DNA of 64,000 bases, taken from positions 42,780,001-42,844,000 of the forward strand of contig NC_043008.1 in NCBI RefSeq assembly GCF_006345805.1, given 5' to 3'. Made by a program: the position numbers and the translations under genes. The stretch comes from Octopus sinensis. Lineage: Eukaryota. Below, piece after piece: positions 51,666 to 64,000 of this stretch. The notes under the pieces are model-generated. The model had not been told where the DNA came from, did no database searches, and was given only the letters and a program-made list of their open reading frames with translations. Positions within the stretch are counted from its first letter, which is position 1, and every line of letters starts with the position of its first letter.

Positions 51666-51929
51666 AGAGGGGATGCAAACATAATCACAAATATCTCTCC
51701 CCATGCATACACACACACATATATGAGCAAAAAAAAACCCGGAAACAGTTGCAAACCACTAGATTAAACATCATCATCATCATCATCGTCGTCGTCGTCG
51801 TCATCATCATCATCATCATCATCATCAAGAACAGCAACACCAACTTCTTATCAAACATAAGGAATGACAAACACAGTGCATTAGGCCCTTCCATTGGTGA
51901 AACAACCCCGATTTATTGCACCTAAAGAA

Positions 51930-52177
51930 TCTCCACGTAGTCGTTCGATCTGTTAGACATAGCAGCTAAATCTTCCCCAAGTCACATCTTATGGAATTTG
52001 AAAATTAAAAAAAAACAAGAACAAAGAAAATGATATATATATATATATAAGACAATGATATAAGACAATGAAGCTTTAGATATAAAACAAGATGTGATAG
52101 TCACGGCTGAAACGCTTTTAATAATAGATTTGCTTCATCAAGGTTGACCTGGGGGCCAGACAATAACAATAACAACA
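51930..52177 (+). mobile_element. Family D copy
   Basis: ccacgtagtcgttcgatctgttagacatagcagctaaatc...gtcacggctg...gacctgggggcc..(caa). Confidence 0.75.
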
Positions 52178-52426
52178 CTCGATGCCATGTCATTCTTCGG
52201 ACAATGCTTCGAGTTCTTCCATTGTTCTTCATTTTTTATTTGGTCAGCAAAAGTCTTTTGTCTTCAATTATCTTCCTTTGTCTCCAGGTGACGGCAAGAG
52301 GAAGGGGATGAGGCGGAAGAGGAGGAGGAGAAAGATGAGGAAAAGGAGGAGGAAGAAGAGGGGGTGACAAAGATGAGAAAACTAATAAAGAATGGAAGGA
52401 AAGGAGTATCAGCGATAGATTTGACA

Positions 52427-52464
<38 letters not shown>

Positions 52465-52750
52465 CGCACACACACATACACAAACGCGTACACACACACA
52501 CACATACACCCCTATACACCTACACCCTCACTCCCCCACTGCGCCATTCCGCCACTCCCCCCACACAAATGATTTGTTTTTATGAAACTTTGTTCCTGAA
52601 TTAAACAACAAACGAACAATTTGGTTGGAAATTACAAAACATTTTTTTGTCGCCTTGAAAAGTTGGAAACAATAAAGAAAATTTAATTAAAAACCGCAGT
52701 ATTGTTGTTTAATTATATTTAATTAGTGTACCAATATGTCAAACAACAGA

Positions 52751-52786
52751 GGATGATGACGATGATGATGGTGGTGGTGTTGGCGG

Positions 52787-52824
<38 letters not shown>

Positions 52825-53322
52825 GTGGTTATGGTGGTGATGATGATTGAGATGACGACGATAACAATGACAAAGATGATGATGAGGGTGATCAAAACGA
52901 TGACGATGATCATCATGATCATCGTCATCGTCGTCGTCGTCGTCGTCCTCCTCCTCCTCCTCATCATCATCAACAACATCATCACTACCACCATCATCAT
53001 CACCACCATCATCATCACCACCATCATCACCATCATCATCACCATCATCGTCCTCCTCCTCCTCCTCCTCCTTATCATCATCATCAACAACATCATCACC
53101 ACCACCATCATCATCACCACCATCATCATCACCACCACCATCATCATCATCATCGTCCTCCTCCTCCTCCTCCTCCTCCTCCTCCTCTTCCTCCTTATCA
53201 TCATCATCATCAACATCATCACCACCACCATCATCATCACCACCATCATCACCATCATCATCACCATCATCATCATCATCATCGTCGTCATCGTCGTCGT
53301 CATCATCATCATCATCATCCTC
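52751..53322. repeat. (GAT)n then (CAT/CAC/CTC)n tract with three ~105-bp higher-order units
   Basis: Polarity switches at ~52910; cgtc(ctc)n...catcaac...(cat/cac) unit starts at ~52944, 53050 and 53154. Confidence 0.93.
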
Positions 53323-54227
53323 ATGTGGTTGTATTTCTTTCTTCCAAATTTCTTTCACTTTATTTTACATTACCCTTCTATTTTTCTAACCGTTTCCCCA
53401 ACCATTTTTTCTCTCTCACGCCCGCCACTCCGTCCTGTCCCTCTTCACCGAACCCCCCCTCTTTATCTCTCATTCCGTCTAACTTCTTTGACCCAGCAGA
53501 GACGCCATTATTGTATGAACTGGAAACTCTATTGTATCCATCCTCAGACATCTTTGTTCTAAATTCAAATACCGCTGGTTTCATTCCTTTTTATAATTTT
53601 CACTTTATTTTTACCCCTGACATCGATAAAGGCAGAGCAGAGTCAACTAAGAACAAAAGTGGACACAAATCTACGCGAGAAAGCAATATTTGACAAAGAA
53701 ATATTTGAAGAAAACAAAGAATTGATTACACAACCCCCATAGTACTTCGTTGGTTCTTAAAGACACGGAAACCTAAAATATAAGTTCAATGTCTGGAAGA
53801 TCTGAACCCAAGAAGTATCGATATGTAGTCGAATACCGTAAGCAACCAAAAGGGAAATTTTACCAATATTATTAAGCCAGACATAATTTATATGTAAATA
53901 TTATGATGTTAAGAAAACAGTCGTTATTAAGAATTTGCGTAAAAAGAAACAGATTAAAAGTTAATCAAAATTATTATTTTTTTCTGAAGCTGCAGCAAAA
54001 AAAAAAAAAAAAAAAATGAAATATGTTAAATAGAATGTTAAATCAGAAATTCAGATCAAAATTATTTCAATGGCTGCCATATTTGATGTATTTTTAATTA
54101 GATTTTATTTCCAGAAATTTCATTCAGTCACAGCTTATATTCTTCTTCCTTAATTTTTCTTTCCTTCTGACAGATAATAGACCGGTATCTATCAATGTTT
54201 ATTAAACAAAGCATATGTGCATGTACG

Positions 54228-54585
<358 letters not shown>

Positions 54586-54670
54586 CCGATGATAATCTAC
54601 GTGGAGGTCTGAACTTAACAGTCGCAGTCATATGTATGGAGGAAATATATTATAAGATGTAGTAAATATA

Positions 54671-54703
<33 letters not shown>

Positions 54704-55330
54704 ATATATATATGTGTGTGTGTGTGTGCGTGCGTGCATGCGTCTGTGTGTATCTATGTGTGTATGTGCCTGAATGTGTGTATTTTTTAAATATATAATG
54801 AATATAAATTATGGAATATATATATATATATCTATATATATATATGATAGATGAAGATTTATATAAAGTTACACACACGTATAAGGATGTAATGTGTTGT
54901 TGTTGTTAGTGGTGGTGGTGGTGGTGGTGGTGGTGGGCATAAGAAAGCTGAACACGTGGGTGTTTGTGTATTTCCCATTGTAATCACAGAGAATGACAAT
55001 AAATCGAATTGAATGAATAAATGAGTTAAATTAAATTTATGTGGAGACGTGTTTTTTTGTACACATTATATGTCTGTGTATATACGTGTATATATATATA
55101 TATATATTATATGCATGTAGCCTCTCTCTCTCTCTCTCTATCTCTATATGTGTATATACACACATATACATATACACGTATGTATAGAGCCCAAACATAC
55201 ATCCATACATACTAACACGAAACATGTATAAAGCCAAATGTACATACATCTTAAATTGCCTCTTATAAATCCACCATTTTTAGTTCACTACAATATATAA
55301 AAATACATAAATATAAAGAACATAGCTCTC

Positions 55331-55362
<32 letters not shown>

Positions 55363-55736
55363 TGATTCTTTACAGGGACTTCACCGTTTCTCGAAGAAGC
55401 CAAATATTAAAAGAAAAGTAGAAAAATAAAAAACAGACAAACAAACACTGTGAATAGCAATTTGACTTGCAGGAACTGTTTGTTCCAAGATCACATTCTT
55501 TACTCCCAAGATCGCATTATAAGTTATCTCGCAGCAAAAAGCCAATATTCGGTTTCCCTTCTCGATTGTTCTCTATTTCTTCTCTATTTCTACATTTTTT
55601 TCTTTAATTCCTTCCTTCCTTTTGTCATCCTTCCTCTCTGTCTTTCCAACAAATTATCTTTTATTTCCTTTCTTATCTCGAGTTTCTTTTCTCCTCCTTC
55701 TTTTCCCTTTTCCTTTTCTTTCTTTGCAGAGATCCA

Positions 55737-55786
55737 TTGCCGCCATGTTTTGAGTGGGCGGAAGTAGTATTGACACAGCGGAAGTT
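55737..55786. promoter_or_regulatory. YY1-like motif plus two ETS motifs (candidate core promoter)
   Basis: GCCGCCATGTT followed by GGCGGAAGT and AGCGGAAGT within 50 bp. Confidence 0.35.
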
Positions 55787-55865
55787 TAGCCAGTATTTAC
55801 TGTGTTAATTTCAATAGAATCTCTTGTAAGGACCTGGGCAAAGCAGAACGATCGGAATTGGTGCT

Positions 55866-56401
55866 ACGTATGCATGTATGTATGCATTTATGTATGTATA
55901 TATGCATGTATGTATATATGTACGTATATATATATGTATGTGTGTGTGTGTGTGAGTATGCATGTATGTATATCTGTATGTATGCATGTATGTATGTGAA
56001 TATGTATGTATGCATGCATGCATGTATGTATGTATGTGAGCATGTATGCATGCATGTATGTATGTAAGTATGTATATATGTGAGTATGTATGTATGTATG
56101 TATGTATGCATGTTTATATGTATGTGTATGTATGTATGTGCGTATGTATGCATACATGAATGGATTTTGTTTGGATGCACGTCCTTGTATGTGTATGTAG
56201 GAAAATATGTAGGCATATACGTAGTTATCTACGTATATATGTACGTATATCTTTAGGTATGTACGTACGTATGTATGCAAGTATGCATAAATTTATGTAT
56301 AAGCACTACGTACATATGTACATACATTTGTAATGTATGTACGTATGTAAGCCTGTGCATGTATGCAAATGTGTAATTAAATCTATCTGTCTATCTGTTT
56401 G

Positions 56402-56494
<93 letters not shown>

Positions 56495-56530
56495 ATGTAT
56501 GTATGTATGTCTGTCTGTCTGTCTGTCTCT
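55866..56530. repeat. (TATG)n/(TATC)n/(TGTC)n compound array
   Basis: Imperfect tetranucleotide arrays. Confidence 0.93.
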
Positions 56531-57714
56531 TGTCTTCTGTAATGGCATCTGAATTTGAGATTACCCCCCCCTTCTCATTTGGATTTGGTCTTAATTACTA
56601 CCCAGGGATTGGTCTAATCTCTCTGGAAGCGGAGTTAATTTCAATAAATCAAAAACGACGAATCTACACTCTTTAATAAGCATTTATTCGTTTATGCTGC
56701 TGAAATTCGTACGACTAGTCATTCTGACTTATCTCAGTGCATTTTCGTTTTCATACAAATAATTAAATATATATATACATACGTTTGTATCTATGTATGT
56801 ATGTACGGACGTATACGTATGGCAGGTCACTCATAGTGCTACAGGTAACACGCAATCCTGTACAAACCAGCAACGCTACCAAGTCTGCTGGATAAAGAGG
56901 GTGGTCTGATTTGGACAATCTGCAGGGTGAATAACAAAACCTGCCAATGGACGGATGAACTCAGAAGAGTCCACGACCACCGCACAACTGGGAGTGAGAT
57001 TCCCAGAGTCTTTGTGAAGGTGATTCCAAAATAATAATCGCCTCGTTGCAAGGCCGGAGAGCTTGCTCTTGTTTGTTTCTGGATTATTGGCTTTTGTAGA
57101 TGAGAGTCTTAGCGGTGTGGTTAATGACTTTAAATGTAATCAGGGGAATCGCTGAGAATCGTTATCTTTAGTATCTAGGTCCAAGATTCGAGGACAAGAT
57201 AATTTGTCAGTGATGGCTATACTCGTCTATGAGTCGATCCCCCCAGATGCTATCCATTCCGTAACAAATTTGGTGTATAAACAAACCACATGCATTATGT
57301 ATGAGAGACCGATGATATTCACATGACTGGAGCTGCTTTTAATTTGTAATTTAATTCCTTTCACGTGTGCAACGCCGCAGCACATCAGCAAATGGACTCG
57401 CTCTATTTGCATGTAAGTCACAGGACAGCGATTCACTTCGTTTCCAGATGATCCGAGGACATGGTATTGATAAGTCGCAATAATGGAGAAATGTCGATAC
57501 CTACCCACATATATATGTATATATTTGTGTGTGTATATATATGTGTATGTATGTATGTATTTATATATGTATATATATATATATATACATGTTTTTGTAT
57601 GTTTGTGGTTAAGCCGAAGTGTTGAAGGAGTTCAAAAATGGCGGGTGTGCAGTTGATGTTTGTGTTGAGAAAGAGAGTTGCAGGGGGAGTCAAAATAGTT
57701 GAAAAAATGAGATA

Positions 57715-58430
57715 TTTAAGAAAGAGAGAATGAGAGCAATTAGAGTGAAAGAGAGACAAAGAGGAGAGAGAAGGAGAGAGAGAAAGAGAGTCAGGTGTGA
57801 GGTGGAATGAATTTAAGTTGACGGAGAGAATGAATTGAAGTAATTGGTGAGAATTGGGGAAGAGAAAGTAGGGTGTGGTGGGTGGAGGAGTTGTGGCTTT
57901 ACATATACGGGAGAGAGAGGCAGAGGGAGAGGATGAGGAGGAAGGTTGGAGATAGGGTGAGAGTGAATGGGAGAGAGTGTGAGGGAGAGAAAGGGTGATC
58001 CATGGATATATGTGTGAAAGAGAGATAGAAAGAAAGAGAGAGAAAGAGAGTAGGAGAGAAGGTGTGAGAGAGGTGCGAATGAAAGAGAAAGAATTGCGTG
58101 AGTGCGTGATATGAGTGACGTATGTTTACGCGTGCGCGTATGTGTGTCTGTGTGTGTGTGTGATTGACATATATGTATATACTATACATGTATGAGTGCG
58201 TGTTGGGAGAGGGAGAGTGGGAGAGAGAGAGAGAGAGAAAGAAAGAGAGAAAGTGGGAGTGAGAGCCATGGAGGGAAGATAGAGGGAAGGTATGTTAATC
58301 AATTGGTGAATGGGAAAACCTGGGAAAAGAAGAATAAATCGCAAGACCAATGTGTGTAGGAAAAGGTGGGAGGGAGAGGGGGAGATAAGGAGGAAGAGAC
58401 GGATGAGGAGGAGCAGGAAGAGGTGGGGGG
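57715..58430. repeat. Extended purine-rich (GA/G) low-complexity tract
   Basis: Strong strand asymmetry toward G and A. Confidence 0.85.
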
Positions 58431-58592
58431 CGTGTTAGTAATTAATAATGAAGGTTCTTGAAGTGCGAGGAACAACAATGTTGTTGTACATCCAGAAATG
58501 ATTTGAAACAGAGCCAACCTACCACACCGTTTGAACTGGTTTCCACGGATAATTATGGATTAGACGCCATTCTATTGCTGGCAGCACTACAC

Positions 58593-58663
<71 letters not shown>

Positions 58664-58858
58664 ACACACACACACGCACATACGTACACACACATATGCA
58701 TATATGTACATGCTTGTGTATATATGTAGGTATATATATATATATATATATGTATGCATACACGTGCATGAATGGCTACACGCATATACACAAATATATA
58801 TAGATACATATGCATGCATACATACACATCCCTATATATATGTATGTATGCATGCATG

Positions 58859-58892
<34 letters not shown>

Positions 58893-58944
58893 TGTATGTA
58901 TGTATGTATGTATGTATGTATTTATGTATTTATGCATGTATATA

Positions 58945-59412
58945 TGTCATTATTCAGTTTTATTTTGAGATTTCTTGCCAATAGCAAAAGAGTCGGTTTC
59001 TAATCTAGATCCAAGGCTCTTTCATTAGAATTGCAACAACATCAACAGGGTATTTGTATGTATGTATGTCATTATTCAGTTTATTCCAAGGTTTCTTGCC
59101 AATGGAGAAGGAACGGGCTTCTAACCCTCCAAGGTTCCTTCATTGGAATTTCAACATCAACAACAGGGTATTTCGTATGTATGTATGTATGTATGTATGT
59201 ATGTATGTATGTATGTATGTTCGTATGTATGTATGTATGTATGTATGTATGTATGTATGTATGTATGTATGTATGTATGTATGTATGTTTGTGCAGATTT
59301 GTATGTTTTATGTATGTATTCTCATGCATATACTTGCATATCTAGATATGTTCATATATGTTTAAATGATAATCTTCTGGAAAGTTTTGCAGATTTTTAC
59401 AGTTCCAGTGAT
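58945..59412 (-). mobile_element. RLE retrotransposon, CATA family: extreme 3' end with duplicated distal UTR
   Basis: ITGTVKICKTFQKIII* at ~59362-59412, UTR, internal (CATA)n, and two tandem distal UTR blocks (58945-59056, 59068-59175) homologous to 30145-30255. Confidence 0.88.
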
Positions 59413-59452
59413 GTATTTATGTATGTTTGTATGTATGTATGTTTGTATGTAG

Positions 59453-59547
<95 letters not shown>
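59453..59547. repeat. (TATC)n microsatellite
   Basis: Direct tandem repeat. Confidence 0.97.
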
Positions 59548-59706
59548 TTGATCCTATTAATTCCACCCGAGAAATTATTTGTAAACGTGAAATTTAATAT
59601 TTAAGTCATATTGCATCTAACCTCTGATAAATAGACAAACAGACAGACAGATAGATAGACAGAGGGGGAGAGGTAGATCGATATATACGTGCACACACAC
59701 ATACAC

Positions 59707-59737
<31 letters not shown>

Positions 59738-59840
59738 ATGAGAGAGAGAGAGAGAGAGAGAGAGTGATGAGAGTCAGTATAAATTCATCAACCGAACAAT
59801 AGGATTTCAACCTATTTGCGTCTGATTTGTGTTCGGTTTA

Positions 59841-59875
<35 letters not shown>

Positions 59876-60229
59876 TCCCCCTCTCCTCTTCCTGCTTCAC
59901 CTTCCTCTTCCACGTCCCTCTCTCACATCTCTCTCTGTCTCTCTTTGTCTCTCTCTCAGTTCCCTTTGTGTTTTGTATGTTTTAACCAGAAGAGAAGGCT
60001 GTCGACTACAACCGTTGTAAGTATTTTGAGTCTGGCAGAAGTGAAAGAAGATGGTGTCCTTAAAGTGGAGATGTGGCCCGAATGATTGCAACAGGCGCAG
60101 CTGCACTGAAGACACTCAAGGGCCCAGTTGGTGGGGTTAAGCTGGGCGATACGTTAAGTCAGTCACATGACGGGATTTGAACTCAGACTACCGGAACAAA
60201 TATCACGAGAAATCCGCTCTGACGTTTTA

Positions 60230-60400
60230 AAATAACTTAAGTCAACCCATAACATTGGATTGCGGATGTTAAACGACCCTGAAGGAAAGAAAGACAAATT
60301 TGACCCCGAGCGAGATTTGAACGCTGAGCGCAGAGAGTCGGAATAAATCCCGCGAAGCATTTTGTTCGACTCACTAACGGCTCTGACGACTCTGCCGCCA
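60230..60400 (-). mobile_element. SINE family A-related, degenerate
   Basis: cgaccctgaagg..aaagacaaatttgacc..gatttgaac..aagcattttg..ctaacggctctg..gccgcc. Confidence 0.65.
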
Positions 60401-60526
60401 TATTCATATCCGTGACACTAAACCATAGGGATCCTTACCTTCATCTGTTTCCACCTTGTAGAACACTAACATTAGTTTAAACTAAGGACAGAAAAGCCTC
60501 ATTATTTTGATGCCATTATCGTGTAA

Positions 60527-60870
60527 AGGCGGCGAACTGGCAGAGTCATTGGAACGCCGGACAGAATGTTCTGAGATCAAATCCCACCGAAGATAACGCT
60601 GTCTTTCATCCTTATAGAACCAATAAAATAAGGTACCAGTCAAGTATTCGGGTCGATATAATCATTTTGCAAAATTTAAAACCTTGTGCCTATATTAGAA
60701 ACATTTATTTCATATTGTTTTCTAGCTTTTTAGGTTCCGAGTTCAAACCCCACCGAGGTCAACTTTGTCGATCCTTTCGATAAGTCCAGTACTGAGGTCG
60801 ATATGATCGACGAATCCCCATGCCCCCCACCCACAAATTTCTGGCCTTGTGCCTGAATCAGTAACCATTA
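60527..60870 (+). mobile_element. Two adjacent degenerate SINE family A copies
   Basis: aggcggcgaactggcagagtc...ccttgtgcc (60527-60705) and gagttcaaaccccaccgaggtcaac...ggccttgtgcc (60735-60865). Confidence 0.75.
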
Positions 60871-61170
60871 TCTCGCATTCTTTATGGCGTGTTTTGCCTA
60901 ATTTTTTCATATTTTTTCTTCCTTAATTCAAAGAAAATGAATTGGGAGCATCTCTGTGATCGTTCGATTTACTAGAATTGATTGACGAATCTCCTTCATC
61001 CACCCACAACTTCCTTTAAATGGTGCTTAAGATTCTCTATTTCGGGTGTATCCCTACACGTTTATCCCCAGAAGGAAAGCGAACCTTCTTAAATGCTTCT
61101 AGGAATTGTACCTACAAGTGTAACCATTCCGTCACTCCCACTACCCCTTAAACAAGAATTAGATCTGCCT

Positions 61171-61712
61171 AAAGACAGGGAGGACAAAAAGCTTGTAGAC
61201 TAACAGATGTTAGCGTTCCCACTGATAAAAATATATCTAAAGGAATTTGACAAATTAAATAAATAAAGAGATCTGGAAATTGAAATACATAAGATGTGGC
61301 AGCTTAAAACGAGAACTGTTCCTGCTATTGTAGGTGCCCTGCGTATGATAAAAAGGGGATGTCAGAAACATCTAGATAAGATCCCAGGAGAACCATGTCT
61401 CAGAGAAATCCAAAAGATTATACTGACAAGTACTGCCCACATCTTTAGAAAATCCTTATCCATTTAAATGTCTGTGTTGTATTACTTGAATATATCTCCC
61501 TATTGCCCCTGTCACTTCCCCTCCCCAAACTTCCAACCATACTGTAACATCTCTTATCCTTCACTCGCCCTAGGACCTCGGGTGCGTCTCGGCAAGTGAT
61601 TGTAACAAACAGCCAGATTAAAAGTAAATAATAATAATAATAACAATGATGATGATGATGATAATAATAATAATAATAATATAATAATAATAATAATAAT
61701 AACAATAACAAT
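61171..61712 (+). mobile_element. R4/Dong-like retrotransposon 3' end with (TAA)n tail
   Basis: CRLTDVSVPTDKNIS/EFDKLNK*RDLEIEIHKMWQLKTRTVPAIVGALRMIKRGCQKHLDKIPGEPCLREIQKIILTSTAHIFRKSLSI* (stop 61465-61467); UTR; (TAA)n from ~61628. Confidence 0.9.
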
Positions 61713-62542
61713 TATTCTGAGGAAAGCAAAGGCTGTGTGTGTTTATTTTAATGACCTACCAACGTATGTAGTGAATGTCTTTGCTCTACGTGTCGGGAAG
61801 ACACTCGGCAAGAGATGGAAACAAAATTGAAAGAAGAAGAAAAACAATAATTATAACAGCATCAACACCACTACCCGTGTCCCACATGATCTTCCTCGAA
61901 ATGAATACATCTGACGATGTGTTTCTAAACTTCCCGCTGACCTAAATGGTTATTGCTGGTTCCTTGTCGCCTTCTTGGGAGTGACACCATTTCCACCAAA
62001 ACACAATTCAATATAATGAATGTTCGACGAGGGAAAAATAAAACCCTTCTGACCAAAAACAAAAAACAAACACCTTATCGCAAAATAAATACTATTTCTA
62101 TTTATTCATTTAATTATAAAATTTTTGTTGGTGGTTGTCGTGGCGGGATGGGATGGGACGTTATTTTTTTCATTTCGCTTGTTTCATTTTTATATTTTTA
62201 GGGAATTTTCAATGATACTTGTTTCTTTTTGTTTTTCTTTTGTTTTTCTTTTGTTTTTCATTGTTCCGTTTATTGATTCGGTTTAGTGTCTTCGTCTAAA
62301 ATATATTGAGATTTAATACCTCAAGTCAGTTCACATTCTCTCCAACCCATGCCCACCACCCCCCAAAAAACTATTTCTCTATTGTTTGTTCAGTGAAGAG
62401 GTAGAGACTGAAACAACAACACCAACAACAACAACAACAACGACGACGATAAACAACAAATACACAAACCATAATTAATGTATTTGCTAAAATATAAATC
62501 TCCCCTGCAATGTGTGCCAAAAGTTACAGGCGTTGCAACTGA

Positions 62543-62595
<53 letters not shown>

Positions 62596-62640
62596 TTACA
62601 GTTGCTGCTACTGCTGCTGCTGCTGCTGCTGCTGCTTCTG
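62543..62640. repeat. (ACT)n-(GCT)n microsatellite
   Basis: Direct tandem repeat. Confidence 0.95.
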
Positions 62641-62754
62641 TTGTTCTTGTTACTGCAGCAAATTTCATCTTTGTGTTTATAATGTCAAGTGCCAGGGTTT
62701 TCATGGTAATATCTTGGCTGCTACTTTTTTTTTATCCCCTGCATTGATTTTTAA

Positions 62755-62785
<31 letters not shown>

Positions 62786-63402
62786 TATATATGTGTGTGT
62801 TAGAGTGTTACCTGTCATACGAAGAGCAACATTGAAGGTATAATTTCGCTACCATGGAGAGTGTCGGGAAAGTCTGCACATATAAAAATAATTCTAATTT
62901 AACTTTTATTAAATGTGTTGGTGTTTATGCAAAATGATGGATGAATAAACATTTTCAAAAGAAAAAAATTAATTAACCCTAAAATAGACAGAAATAAAAA
63001 ACAAATTTCTCATTTGTATAACTCTTCCCACAACTAGTCCGTCATTTGTCCTCCTCCTCCTCCCCCTCCCCGTCTGTCTTTGATTCTTTCTCTCTCATTG
63101 TGTGTGTCTCTATCGTTCCTTGTCTCGTTACCGACCCAAACGCCTCGTTTATACATTCAGTCTGAATCGCTTATGTCATCTCTCTCTCTGTCACTCTTTT
63201 ACTCCAGTTGCCCCTTCTCTTTTAGGAATTGTAAAGTGTTACTGGAGAACCAACCCACCAACCAACCAACATTTATATCGGCTATTATGTATGTATATAT
63301 ATGCTAGGGTTTTCATGGTAACAGCAACAACATGTATGCGTGTGAGTGTATGTGTATGTACATATGTTTATACATACAAACATACATATATACATACATG
63401 CA

Positions 63403-63445
<43 letters not shown>

Positions 63446-63728
63446 TATATATATAAATCCTGTTGTGTGTATGTGTATGTAAAAGATTATAACGACTGTA
63501 TTTTTCAACTGATTTTCTCCAAACTGGGAACATACATTACTTATGTTCTGGGGATGGTTTTAGACTCTGAAAATCTTTCATAATAATGAATAACAGGCTT
63601 CCTAGGGGCAGAATACACCCGCTCCTGGGTTTTCACTTTCATTTTTCAGACGCTATTGTTTTCACATTAAGTTCAATCGCTATTGCTTTCACTGTAAGTT
63701 TTCAATCGCTATTTACAAGCAACAACGT

Positions 63729-64000
63729 CGAATTACTGACAGAAAGAAGTTCACAATTACTGATGACAGATATTTCATATATAATTTACTGACTGATGCA
63801 ACTTCATAAATTTCTCTTCAATCCGTACACTTCGTTAAATTTGCCTACAAATTTCTTGTTTACTTTTGCAAAGTTTTGTATTTTTTGTTGTTGACGGAAT
63901 TACTGATAATAGAAAGTTCATAATTTAGTGACAGAAATAACTTCAAACATTTCACTTAAATCCGTACATTTAGTTAATTTCCCTAAAAATTTCTTATTTG
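63729..64000. repeat. Diverged direct repeat, ~140-170-bp period, running off the window
   Basis: gaattactga..aagttca and aatccgtaca..gttaa..aaatttctt each occur twice. Confidence 0.7.

Noticed and set aside
52719-53562. Long ORFs (201-278 aa), including an Asp/Glu/His-rich frame
   Set aside because: Trinucleotide repeats open in several frames on both strands; no non-repetitive coding context.

Overview
AT-rich, microsatellite-saturated eukaryotic DNA. The SINE families and repeat landscape look like a coleoid cephalopod, probably Octopus (recognised from memory, not confirmed). I find no intact host protein-coding gene, rRNA, true tRNA or CRISPR; nearly all listed ORFs are translations of simple repeats. 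The window appears intergenic or intronic and is filled with transposon fossils: four SINE-type families (three with tRNA-derived heads), RTE and CR1-like LINE 3' ends, several R4/Dong-like restriction-endonuclease (RLE) retrotransposons, three Penelope-like GIY-YIG fragments, a mariner end, a probable hAT fossil and a mini-MITE. There is one 100-N gap. The most notable observations are (1) an RLE retrotransposon family that carries and apparently targets (CATA)n microsatellites, with stacked copies; (2) several short families with minimal type-I hammerhead-like folds, including a recurring CCGANGA core variant, often as fold-back palindromes next to (TA)n tracts; and (3) a few unique islands with strong transcription-factor motifs, such as a perfect DR1. 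Coordinates of degenerate elements are approximate (tens of bp).
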